DNA from: Octopus vulgaris
Taxonomy: Eukaryota
DNA length: 64,000 bases
Assembly (NCBI GenBank): GCA_951406725.2
Contig: OX597815.1
Coordinates: 161,200,001-161,264,000, forward strand
Direction: 5' to 3'
The notes beneath the pieces are model-generated. The model made no database searches. It was not told where the DNA came from and worked only from the letters and a program-made list of their open reading frames with translations. Of the stretch, positions 23,350 through 34,757 are shown piece after piece; within the stretch, counting starts at the first letter, position 1; every line of letters starts with the position of its first letter. Position numbers and translations under genes: made by a program.

Positions 23350-25103
23350 CATATGTGTCTTTGTGTCTGTGTTTGTCTCCCACCACAACCACCACCACTT
23401 GACAACCAGTGTTGGTTTGTTTATTTCCCCATCAGCAGAAGGATAAATACCAGGCTTTAAAAAATAAGTCTTGGATTCAAATAATCTGATTAAAAGTTCT
23501 TGAAGGTGGTGCTCCAGCATAGCTGCAGCCTGATAGATGAGACAAGTAAAAGCTAAAAAATAATGGTTCAGTAGTGACAGTGACAGCGGCAGTTGTGTTG
23601 GTGGTTGTGGTGGTGGTGGTGGTGGTAGTGGCGGCGGCGGCGGTGGTGGAATTAGTGCTGCTGCTGCAGTTGAGGGCATTGATGTAGAATAGTAGGTGTT
23701 ATAACAACCAACTAAACCTATGTTATCAACAACTTTATCATTGACCTGAAAGTCAACAGCTGAGAAAAGAAAACATTTGAACAATAAATTTGCAGGCCAT
23801 CAGAACAGAATTTTGGTTAGGTTAAAAGGAGAAATTATAATCCAAACAGAAAATTCCATGATCAATGGGCTTTAATCCTTTACTGCAGAAATCAGATATA
23901 TCTGCTCAAAAAATTATTACTCTTAACTGTAGAAAGTAGTTTTATGTATCAATTTATCTTTTGTTGAGGAATGTCATGCTTGAAACTACTTTTTGTTGAG
24001 GTGCAGGCATGGCTGTGTGGCAAGAAGTTTGATTACCAGTCACATGGTTCCAGGTTCAGTCCCTTTGTGTGGCACCTTGGGTAAGACTTCTACTATAGCC
24101 TTGTAAGTGGATTTGATAGACAGAACCTGAAAGAAGCCCGTCATATGTATGTGTGTGAGTGTGTTTCAGCGTGACACAGAATGTGACAAGGTGGGCTCTT
24201 TGAAATACATGCACAACTCATTTTTGTCAGGTGAGCGAACTAGAGCAATGTGAAATAAAGTGTCTTGTTCAAGGACACAATGCATTGCTGGGAATCAAAT
24301 TCACAACCAAACGATTGTGAGCCAAATACCCTGACCAATAAGTCACACACCTTCACATATATTTTGCTTACCTAATGGAAATGGAATGCGTAGAAGATAT
24401 CAAATATCATGATATCATTGTATCAACCAGACTATGGGCAGTTGTTATACACTGCTGGTCACAATGCACTTCCTCACATTTTTGTAGCTTTCAAATAATG
24501 CCATCCCACTGGCTAGGCAAGCAGGTGGACATTCCTTCTGAACAGAATGCCAGTCCTTTACAGGGTTACCTATTTACAGCTTAGTGGACTGGAGCAATGT
24601 GAAATGAACTGTTTCGCTCAAGAATACAATGCACTACTAGTATGAGAATTGAAATCATGACCACAAAATCATGATTGCAACACCCTAACCACTAAGCCAT
24701 GTAACTTCACAAATATAGATCTGTTTATTTTAATACATTGGAATGTCATGGTATTTTCTGTTAGCATAATGCCTGAAGATAGATTTATTTATCACAGAGA
24801 ATACTTATTCAAAAAATGTCCATTAAGCAGAACTGAATGTGATGTAACTAACTTATGAATTATGATAAAATCAGCAGACAATAATTAGGTTAGCATATCT
24901 TTTTTCATTGACAATTGGAAAGATATAAAACAACAACAACAACAACTGCAGCAATAATAAAAACAATAAAGTTTATTAATAAATAGTGTTGACAAAAATA
25001 AAATGGATAAAAATTTAGATAAGCTTGTTAAAACTGGAGAGATTGTGCACAAGGTAATTTCAAACCCATTAACAATAAAAAAAGAAAAATAAAGAAAACT
25101 GTT

Positions 25104-25144
<41 letters not shown>

Positions 25145-25446
25145 AATAAGTATTGGTAAATAGAAATTAATTTTAAATTTTTATAAAATAGAATAAAACT
25201 GCAAAATGTGGATTTCAAAAATAAATTAGGTTGGTGTATAAAAAGGAAGGAGAAAAAAAGATTTACTGATGTGTGAAAAGGTGTACTTCAGGTAAAGATG
25301 TTGTTGAGAGAAATGGTGATTTTAATAGAAAGAGAAAGAAATTGTCTTGAAGGATAAGTTGATGTGTAAAGGCATTTAAAAGATTCAACAGTAAAATTGA
25401 TAATAATCTTCTCTATCTTTGATACACAATCAATCAATCTAGTTAT

Positions 25447-25490
<44 letters not shown>

Positions 25491-26094
25491 GCATACGTTC
25501 GTGTGAATACATACGCACACATGCACACAGAACACATACATTATAGAAAGTACACGGGCAACCACACACTATATAGATAGATTGATATTGTAGGTAGATA
25601 CATTGATACTCTTATTAATAGCTAGTTTGCAAGATAAATGCATATATGCCCATAGATAGACAGACATGTACAGCCTTGCATGCATACACACATGCCCACA
25701 ATTAAGATAGCTAATGAACTTGAGGAGTGAAACGAAATAAAAGCTGACATATCTCTCTTTAAGAACATTAATAATCCTTCTTGACTCTACTACAAAATCC
25801 AAAAAAGCAACCAAGTTCACTGTAAAGATTGTACATGGATAATACTTAAAGCAAAATAAAATGGGACAAATAACCCACACTAAAATCCTGACATGTTTTA
25901 TAGCATCTCACTTTGTTACCTCTCTGCCATCCAGGAGCATCAGAAAATCTTTAACATGTACTACTGGCTACACCAGTGGTTCTCAATCAGGGCCCCCCTG
26001 AGATTTTGTTGCTAAAACTTTATGTGCAATAAATTGGTTATACTTCTACAATACACAAAATATTTTAACTATTTTTTATATAATTCTTGATGAA

Positions 26095-26510
26095 ATTCAT
26101 TTCAGCATGTTAACTGCAAACTCATTTCATCTTGGTTTATCATTTGGTTCGAGTGTCTGTAAGAGTTGCACATTGTAAGTGTGCAATCACAAGTTCTGGT
26201 GTAGGAATTTGTGCACTGTTGAGCATGGTAGCCGTAACTGTCTGGCAGCCATATGTATGGACTTTGTAGGAGAACTAGCAGATGCTTGTCTTACACGATT
26301 GATGTTTTCCTCAGATAATTTTGGTTGTCTACTCCTCCCTTTATCTGACACTGTTCCTGTTTCCATAACTTTTTTGTGCCTTGCACAAATTGATGGTCAT
26401 GATGGTGGATGTCTTCCATACTTAATCTTGTAGTTTCACTGGAACTGCACGTCTGAGTGTGTTTCAATAAACTACAAAACACATTGTGTCTTTTCTTGAA
26501 GAGTAGCCAT
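26095..26510 (-). mobile_element. Decayed IS630-Tc1-mariner transposase N-terminus (DUF4817-type HTH)
   Basis: MATLQEKTQCVL*FIETHSDVQFQ*NYKIKYGRHPPS*PSI...SPTKSIHMAARQLRLPCSTVHKFL...YNVQLLQTLEPNDKPR, with several stops. Confidence 0.8.
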
Positions 26511-26702
26511 TTTTTTAGGGTTCCATTTAACAGAACGTTTTCCATCATCTGGATATCCAAAAAATACAAATGCAATGTGGTTAAAAACTTTGATAACCAC
26601 TGAGTATGAGTATATAGAACAAATCTGATAAACTATCTATCTATCTCTCTTTCTCTCATATGAAAGCATAGGTATAAAGCAAGATGGACAAATATCAAAG
26701 GC

Positions 26703-27105
26703 ACTCTTTTACTCTTTTACTTGTTTCAGTCATGTGAGTGTGGCCATGCTGGAGTACCGCATTTAGTCAAGCAAATCGACCCCAGGACTTATTATTTGGA
26801 AGCCTAGTACTTATTCTATCGGTCTCTTTTGCCGAACCGCTAAGTTGCAGGGGGGGGTGTAAACACACCAACATTGGTTGTCAAGCGATGTTGGAGGGAC
26901 AAACACAGACACACAAACATATACACATGCATACATATATATATATATGACGGGCTTCTTTCAGTTTCCGTCTACCAAATCCACTCACAAGGCTTTGGTC
27001 GGCCTGAGGCTATAGTAGAAGACACTTGTCCAAGGTGCCATGCAGTGAGACTGAACCCGGAACCATGGGGTTCGTAAGCAAGCAACTTGCCACACAGCCA
27101 CTCCT
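26703..27105 (-). mobile_element. SINE family A, full length
   Basis: Reverse complement of family A. Confidence 0.9.
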
Positions 27106-27478
27106 AAGTCTACCTAGAGGTAGTGTAAAATAGTGTTTTATATTGAAAGTGAAAACTAACAGAGGACCACAACAATAGAGCTTTCCTGGTAAGGGTTATG
27201 GATTGTCAGAATAAACAGAGTATCAGAGTAAATTAACTTTCAGCATTCAGTTGTGGGCTTTTTAAAAAATCTTCTGAGTTGAATTAATTCCATCAAGGCC
27301 TACTTTTCCATTTGTCTTTCTCATGTCAATACATTTATTAAGTATTGAGTGTGTCAGTCCTCTGGACTGTACCCTTTCCTTTAAGATTTGTGACCCTAGT
27401 TTTCTGATGTTAGTAATATATTTTATGACATCCAGGTGAGAATAATCATGTAATGGGTAAGATAATACGATTATTATA

Positions 27479-27694
27479 CGAGAAGGTACTGAAGAGTTCC
27501 TGGCTTTGGGTAAGAGAAAATACAGGAGGATTAGTAAATTATGACTTTATTCAACATATTCCTCTCTCAAACTCACACACTTTTTGTCGGAGTTGTCAGT
27601 TTTTCTAGGCCCTGTAAAAGAACTCAGAAGGTAGGGCCTCCAACCAGGCCTTCTGCAATACCCTTAAAGCCAGGAACTTTTCAGCACCCCTTCA
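27479..27694. mobile_element. Mariner-type MITE
   Basis: TA|CGAGAAGGTACTGAAGAGTTCCTGGCTTT ... AAAGCCAGGAACTTTTCAGCACCCCTTCA|TA imperfect TIRs; homologous to 4-148. Confidence 0.82.
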
Positions 27695-27707
27695 TATACC
27701 AATATAT

Positions 27708-27937
27708 ATTTCTTTATTACCCACAAGGGGCAAAACATAGAGGGGAAAAACAAGGACAGACAAAGGGATTAAGTCGATTACATTGACCCCAGTGCGTAAC
27801 TGGTACTTAATTTATCGACCCCGAAAGGATGAAAGGCAAAGTCGACCTCGGCGGAATTTGAACCCAGAACGTAACGGCAGACGAAATACGGCTATGCATT
27901 TCGCCTGGTGTGCTAACGATTCTACCAGCTCGCCACC
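27708..27937 (-). mobile_element. SINE family B, full length
   Basis: GGTGGCGAGCTGGTAGAATCG head on - strand; matches 6450-6673. Confidence 0.88.
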
Positions 27938-28904
27938 TTCATATACCAATATATTCAGACTAATGTTCTGATGTTGGTATCTTGGTTGTTATAGTAGCAA
28001 CATTTGGGCTGTTACTATTTGGTAATGTTCTCAGAATTTGGAATAGAACCCTGTATTAATTATGAGGGGTTGGATTGATCTTATTCCATTGTCTATACCA
28101 GTGATATTCTCTTTATTGGTTATTCTCCTAGTTGTGATGTCATTACATTGTTATGCTTCAGTATATACATAGCTTGACTAACCGAGAGATTGAACTCTTG
28201 TCCACTACCTCATTTAGTACTTAATCAATGCTTATATTCTCTGCCTTGTTATCTTATGCAAGAACATCCGTGACATAGAATTTGGATTGAGAAAAATCTA
28301 CTCTATTGAATTAAATAGAGGGTTTTCTTCCATATTCTGAGAACATTGCTAAATACAACCAACAGAACTGAAGAAGGCCAGAGAATACAACAGTCAAACT
28401 GCTATGTGATATTCTAGCATGTTCTATTATTCTTCATAGGTAGAGTGTTATATCCCTTCTAAGAATGTTAACTGCGCATAACAGAACCTGGCCCTGCTTA
28501 TAAATAGTAGTCTCCTGGAATGTGAAGTGAGAAGTTTTCTTGCCATGATGTTCCCCATGGTAGTTCCAGACTCTTGATGTGTTATGTACATTCTGATGTA
28601 CAGACTATATTGCCTGGATAGCAGTCTAGTGTATTATAACTCCTTGAATTAGACCCAATCCTGACTTGCAAGAATAAGACCTTTTGTACTGTGACTATAG
28701 CAACCAGATATATCAGTACATAATAACAATAATTTCTCATTTCAGAAATTTAATGAATGCAATATATCCAACTTGTAGCGTTAATTCCCAACAGACACTT
28801 ATTAATTTCTCATAGCTTGTTAATGTTACTGATAAAGAACGTACATGTTAACATTCTCATCTTCTCTAAAACTCATAAACTGTTAACACCTCATAATTAT
28901 CATA

Positions 28905-29290
28905 TTCATCAACAACATTTAACATCTTTTTTTCCATGCTGGCATGGGTTGGAGGGCTTGGCAGGAAATGGCATGGCTGGGGGTCACACCAGGTTCCATA
29001 GTCTGTCTTCGCTTGGTTTCTATGGTTGGATGCCTTCTTGACACCAACCACTTTACAGAGAGTACTAGGTGCTTTTTATGTGGCACCATTACTTTTTACA
29101 TGGCACCAGCACCCACACCAATGTTTTTTATGTGACACCTTGGTTTTAGGATCTCAATGCGCCACATATCTCGGTACTTTGTTATCTCGTTTGTAAGGTT
29201 CAGCATTTTGAGATTGGCTTTCAATACTTCATCCTAAATCTTTCTGGGCCTCCCTCTTCCACAACTTCCATCCACAACAAAAGAGAAAAA
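28905..29290 (-). mobile_element. RTE LINE C-terminus joined to family C module
   Basis: - strand ~29280-29155 reads VVDGSCGRGRPRKI*DEVLKANLKMLNLTNEITKYRDMWR (RTE GRPxxxW...DRxxWR), followed by the family C sequence. Confidence 0.72.
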
Positions 29291-29392
29291 GCTTTATCTA
29301 TGCACTTAATCATGTCAATGTTTTCTCATCTACATTAACCTACATAATTTATCTGTAATTTCAATGTATCATGTTAACTATTATTTCTACAG

Positions 29393-29530
29393 GGTCCAAA
29401 TGAGGAAAGAAGAGCTTACATCGCAACTCAAGCCCCTTTGGAATGTACAGTTGCAGATTTTTGGAGAATGGTATGGGAACAACAAGCAAGAGTGATAGTT
29501 ATGTTGGCTGATATGGATGAACGTGGAATG
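29393..29530 (+). CDS. Protein tyrosine phosphatase catalytic-domain exon ([46 protein letters not shown])
   Basis: ttatttctacAG acceptor (29391-29392) and GTAAG donor at 29531. The 138-bp phase 0-to-0 exon has YIATQxP, TxxDFWxMVW and IVML motifs and joins the 7540-7616 exon in frame. Missed by the ORF track. Confidence 0.96.
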
Positions 29531-30497
29531 GTAAGACATGTCTCTTTATGTTCCTTTCACTGCTGCAGCAAGCTTAGATTGGCAGCAGCAGGCCTCGTTG
29601 AAGCAATTTGATACTTATATTTATTCTTATGTTATATTACACTTGCTCATCATTTCTTGGAAAAAAGCTGAAAATAAACTATTATTAGGTCTAAAACATA
29701 GCTTTGTATGTATATGGTTTCATGGTTTTTACACACTGTTAACATTGAACTTGCTCATATATGCATGCATTTGAAGACTATGCAGGTTGATACACTGATA
29801 ATTGGAGGTATAAACAGATACAGTACACTCATGCTCATGCATGTATACATGTATATATATGGCTCTATGTATGTATGTGTGTGGGTATCTATATATATAT
29901 ATATATATATATATGTATGATTGTATGTATGTATGTATAATGTATGCTTGTGTGTCAATATATGTTGATGGGTATGTGTACATGTATGTGTGTGTGTGTG
30001 CATGCATGTGAGTGTCTGTGTGTGTGTATGTGTGTGAGTGTCTATGTGTGAATCTGTGTGTATGTGTGTGTGCATGTGTGTGTGTGTGTGCATGTGTGTG
30101 TGTGTGTGTGAGAGTGGTTGATTTGGCAGAATTCTAAGTGTTGGACAAAATACCTTGTGGTATTTATTCTGACATTTTATGTCCTGCATTCAAATGCTAT
30201 CAAAATCAACTTTTATATTTCAAGGTGTACAATTGGCAGAGTCGTTAATGCCAGATAGATTGTGGTAATTATTCTAACACTCTGTGCTCTGAGTTCAAAT
30301 CCTACCAAGATCAATTTGTATTTTGTCCTTTCAGACTCAGTAAATAAAATACCAGATTGATTCTTGGCTCCATACTTTATCTCAATCTTTCTTCCCATCT
30401 GAAATCAGCTGTGATCAAATGCACAGAGGGATGGACTCTACTAGATTTAAATGTCTCTGGGATATGCCATATGTAACAAACAGTACGCCACGTATAT

Positions 30498-30566
<69 letters not shown>

Positions 30567-30845
30567 AGGTTTACTTGTACAAACACATGCACACACACAC
30601 ATGCATACACACCTACACGTATATTATAACTTATTGGACAATACACACACACACACACATATACACACAGAACCAAGAGCAAATATACACACCACACCAC
30701 ACATGCCTTTCAAAACAGAAAACATCGAAACATACAATACACAACTACTCAAATATTCTTTTATATTTTTATACTTCTCTCTGAGTGTATACAAGCATGA
30801 AGTGTAATGACATCTCATACATATATGTGTGTGTGTGTATATAAT

Positions 30846-30849
<4 letters not shown>

Positions 30850-30900
<51 letters not shown>

Positions 30901-31045
30901 TATAATATATATATATATATATATAAAATATAATATAATATAATATATATATATATATATATAAATATAATATAATATAATATATATATATATATATAAA
31001 ATATAATATAATATAATATATATATATAAAATATAATATAATATA

Positions 31046-31082
<37 letters not shown>

Positions 31083-31097
31083 ATATAATATAATATA

Positions 31098-31129
<32 letters not shown>

Positions 31130-31135
31130 AAATAC
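30850..31135. repeat. Long (TA)n/(TATAA)n low-complexity tract
   Basis: Almost pure A/T compound microsatellite. Confidence 0.95.
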
Positions 31136-31327
31136 ATATATGTAAATATTTATACATTAATATTATATAAGATTTGATGAATTGAAATATCAACTTCAAA
31201 CATAAATACAGTGAAAGAGTGTGATTAACAGATGACTGATCAAAATGCTGTTATTGTTTAACACTCAATGAAGGTCAGCCTTCATTGAGTAGGTCTTTGA
31301 TCAAAAGTATTCCAGTCATATTCATAT

Positions 31328-31920
31328 CTGCAGGTATGACTGTGTGGTAAGAAGCCTGCTTCGCAACCACATGGTTCCAGGTTCAGTCCCACTGCATGGC
31401 ATATCGGGCAAATATTTTCTACTATCGTCTCGGTCCAACCAAATACTTGTGGGTGGATTTGGTAGATAGAAACTGAAAGCTCATCACATATATATATATA
31501 TTCCGGCAGGGGGTGGTGATCTCTGCGGTGCTCTTTCACTGCTCTTTCTCTCACTCTTTCTTCTGTTGGCCTGCTCGCTTAGCCAGTGGGGTAGTGTCAT
31601 TCGAAGGCTAAAACAATGCGAACGCATTGTGACCAGCGATGTGTAGCAAAATCTGATGGTCTGGTCGGTCACATGATATATATGTGTGTATATATCTATG
31701 TGTGTTTGTCTTTGGGTCTGTGTTTGTCCCACCATCACCACTTGACATCTGGTGTTGGTGTATTTAGGTCCCCGTAACTTAGCAGTTCAACAAAAAAGAC
31801 CGATAAAATAAGTACTAAGCTTTAAAAAAAGAAGTTCTGAGATCAACTTGTCCGACTAAAAAAAACTAGAAATTAGTGTTCCAGCATGGCCACAGCCAAC
31901 TGACTGAAACAAGTAAAAGA
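31328..31920 (+). mobile_element. SINE family A with another SINE fragment (~31501-31676) in its central microsatellite
   Basis: Family A halves flank a segment whose start matches 58370-58435. Confidence 0.75.
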
Positions 31921-32376
31921 ATGCTATATATTTTGTATATCAGAAACAACATTGTCTATTGTATCTATGTTCTGAGGGAGATTCAGCTGTTGTTTCTAAC
32001 ATAGCTGTACTTTCACTGGCTTATCTCAGTATTGATTCTGATAAAGACATTTTATGAATCTAGTCAAAACCAGTAACTTGTAGCATGTCCCCCATTTGGG
32101 ATCTAAACAGCTATTGACACAGAAAGATTTAGGGGTTTTAAATTTGACTTACCACACACATGACGATAGTGTAATATGTTATACCATAAAGCAATTGCAT
32201 GTATATAGACAGGACATTGGTTAGCTTCAGACTACTGCAGGAGATACTTGTGCAGCATGCTGCACAATAGGACTACACCCAAAGTATGCATGTATGCATA
32301 CCTACATACATGCATGCATACATACATACATGCATATTTCTGTGTTAGTTTTTATATTTAAAAAAAAATTCATTAG

Positions 32377-32928
32377 TGTAGGGCACTACCCAAGGATTTT
32401 TGATGGACAAACTGTTGACAGGAACTTCACTTTGGGCTAGTTGGGTTGCTGGTCTGCAGTGAGGTGAACTTCCAACTAGGCAGGACTTCTACAAAGCCCG
32501 AGTTGACTGATGGCTCTCGTCCTCATATGTTTTGGGCAGAGCTACACAAGAAGCACTTAGTGACCCTTTGTGATAGATAGATTGGAACAGTTCAGTCTAG
32601 TAATCAACCTTACTAAGTGTGTTTTTGGTGTCACAGAAATCAATTTCCCAGTTCCAATGACAGTCAACAGTTCTGGTGGGGAGCTATATGTAGGGCACTG
32701 CCCAATGATTTATGATGAACAAACTGTAGACAGGAACTTCACTGCAGGTTAGCTAGGGAGCTGGTCTGCAGTGGAGGGAACTTCTATGAAGTTGACCGAG
32801 TTGACCAGTAGCTCTCGCCCTCATGTGTTTAACAAAATGTAATGCAACCAAATAAATCTTTCACCAACACACTCTGGTTCTCCGTTGAGTTTTTTGAATA
32901 TTGCTTAATTAAAGCTATACCAGCAACA
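32377..32928 (+). mobile_element. Internally deleted Gypsy-type LTR retroelement
   Basis: Two direct repeats starting TGTAGGGCACT (32377, 32689). Between them DRLEQFSLVINLTKCVFGVTEINF (Gypsy RT) and a purine tract GGTGGGGAG. The second LTR has AATAAA and ends in CA. No target-site duplication found. Confidence 0.75.
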
Positions 32929-34359
32929 TTTCTGACATTTTCCCATTGATTGTTACCCTAAGTGTCATCACCAATTTTATTACAGCAATTTCATGAGAAT
33001 CATAGAGGATTATATCACCCAAGGATTTCAAAACATTTCTAAAGACTTCAGAAAATGTTCCTTTGTATATCTGAGAATATATATGGATTTATGCATGTAT
33101 GATGGTGTGACTGGTGATATTTCAAAATACATAAGCCTGTTTCTGGAATGTATTTAAGGTTATACACGTTTCTCCACTCCTTTCGGTTCATACACATGTC
33201 TAATATGTTGTAATCACATCATGGCCCTGGCTATATGGTGAAGGGGTTCAGTTCCTAATCACATAGTTTCAGGTTCAGTCTCACTGCATGGCATCTTGGT
33301 CAAGTGTCTTCTGTTATAGCACAGAGCCAAACAAATTCTCGGAAGTGGATTTGATAAATGGAAACTGTAAGAAGCCCATTGTGTATATGTGTGTATATGA
33401 GTATGCATGTATGTATATATATGTATATATAGGCATGGTTCTATGGTAAGAAAGTTTGCTTCTCAGCCACATGGGTCCAGGTTCAGTCCCACTGCATGAC
33501 AATTTGAGCAGGTGCCTTGTCAGTGGATTTGGTAAATAGAAACTGAAAGAAGCCCATAATGTATGTATGTATGTGTGTGTGTTCATAGGTGTTGATGGGT
33601 GCATTTCTGTCTTATCTTGACATCATACAACAGTTGTAAATGAGCATTATTGTTATACAAGCAGCATCAGACAGACAGGCAAGCATACAGATGAGCAGGC
33701 AGACAGATGGTTGGACAGATAGATGATCTGTTTATTATCTGCCTATCTGTACATCCATCTGCCTATGTGTCTTGTCTTTTTCGTGTATTTTTCTAGGACT
33801 ATTTTTTTCAACATATCCTTTACTAATTCAAGATGTGATTTGAGAGAAATTTGGCTGCTTTTTATTTGTTTATATATGTATTTATTTGTTTGCATGGTGT
33901 TGGTTTGTTCATGTCTCTTCCCCCACCACCAAGACACATACCAGTACTCTGCTACAATGAATGGATAAATTTTTTAATATCATTCCAATTTTATTGACTA
34001 TCGCAGTCTACAATGTAAATAATTGTAGAAATAACGATCATAATATACAATGTAATAATCATATTTGCACTATATGTGTAATAATTAAATTATATATTGT
34101 GCACTAAGTAAAATCATGATCAAGATTATGGCCAGTGCCGGTGAAATGTAAAAGCACTCACTGGTGAGACATAAAAAGTACCCATGCCGGTGACACGGAA
34201 AAGGCTCCCAGTTCATTCTGTAAAGTGGTTGGCATTAGGAAGAGCATCAAGCTGTGGAAACCAAACCAAAACAGATGACTGAAGCCTGATGCAGCTCTCC
34301 AGCAGCTTAACAACTCCAGTGAAACCATCTAGCCCAAGCCAGCATGGAAAACTGACATT

Positions 34360-34757
34360 ACTCTTTTACTCTTTTACTTGTTTCAGTCACTAGACTGTGG
34401 CCATGTTGGAGCACCGCCTTTAGTTGAGCAAATCGACCCCAGGACTTATTCTTTGGGAGCCTAGTACTTATTCTATCAATCTCTTTTGCTGAACTGCTAA
34501 GTTACAGGGACGTAAACACACCAGCATCGATTATCAAGCGATGTTAGTGGGGGACAAACACAGACACAAACATATACACACATACATACATACATATTTA
34601 TATATATACAACGGGCTTTTTTCAGTTTCCATCTACCAAATCCACTCACAAGGCTTTGGTCAGCCCGAGGCTATAGTAGAAGACACTTGCCTAATGTACC
34701 ACGCAGTGGGACTGAACCCGGAACCAAGCTACATACCACACAGCTACTCTTATGCCA
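34360..34757 (-). mobile_element. SINE family A
   Basis: Reverse complement of family A, inserted into the tail of a family C copy (~34130-34360). Confidence 0.85.
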
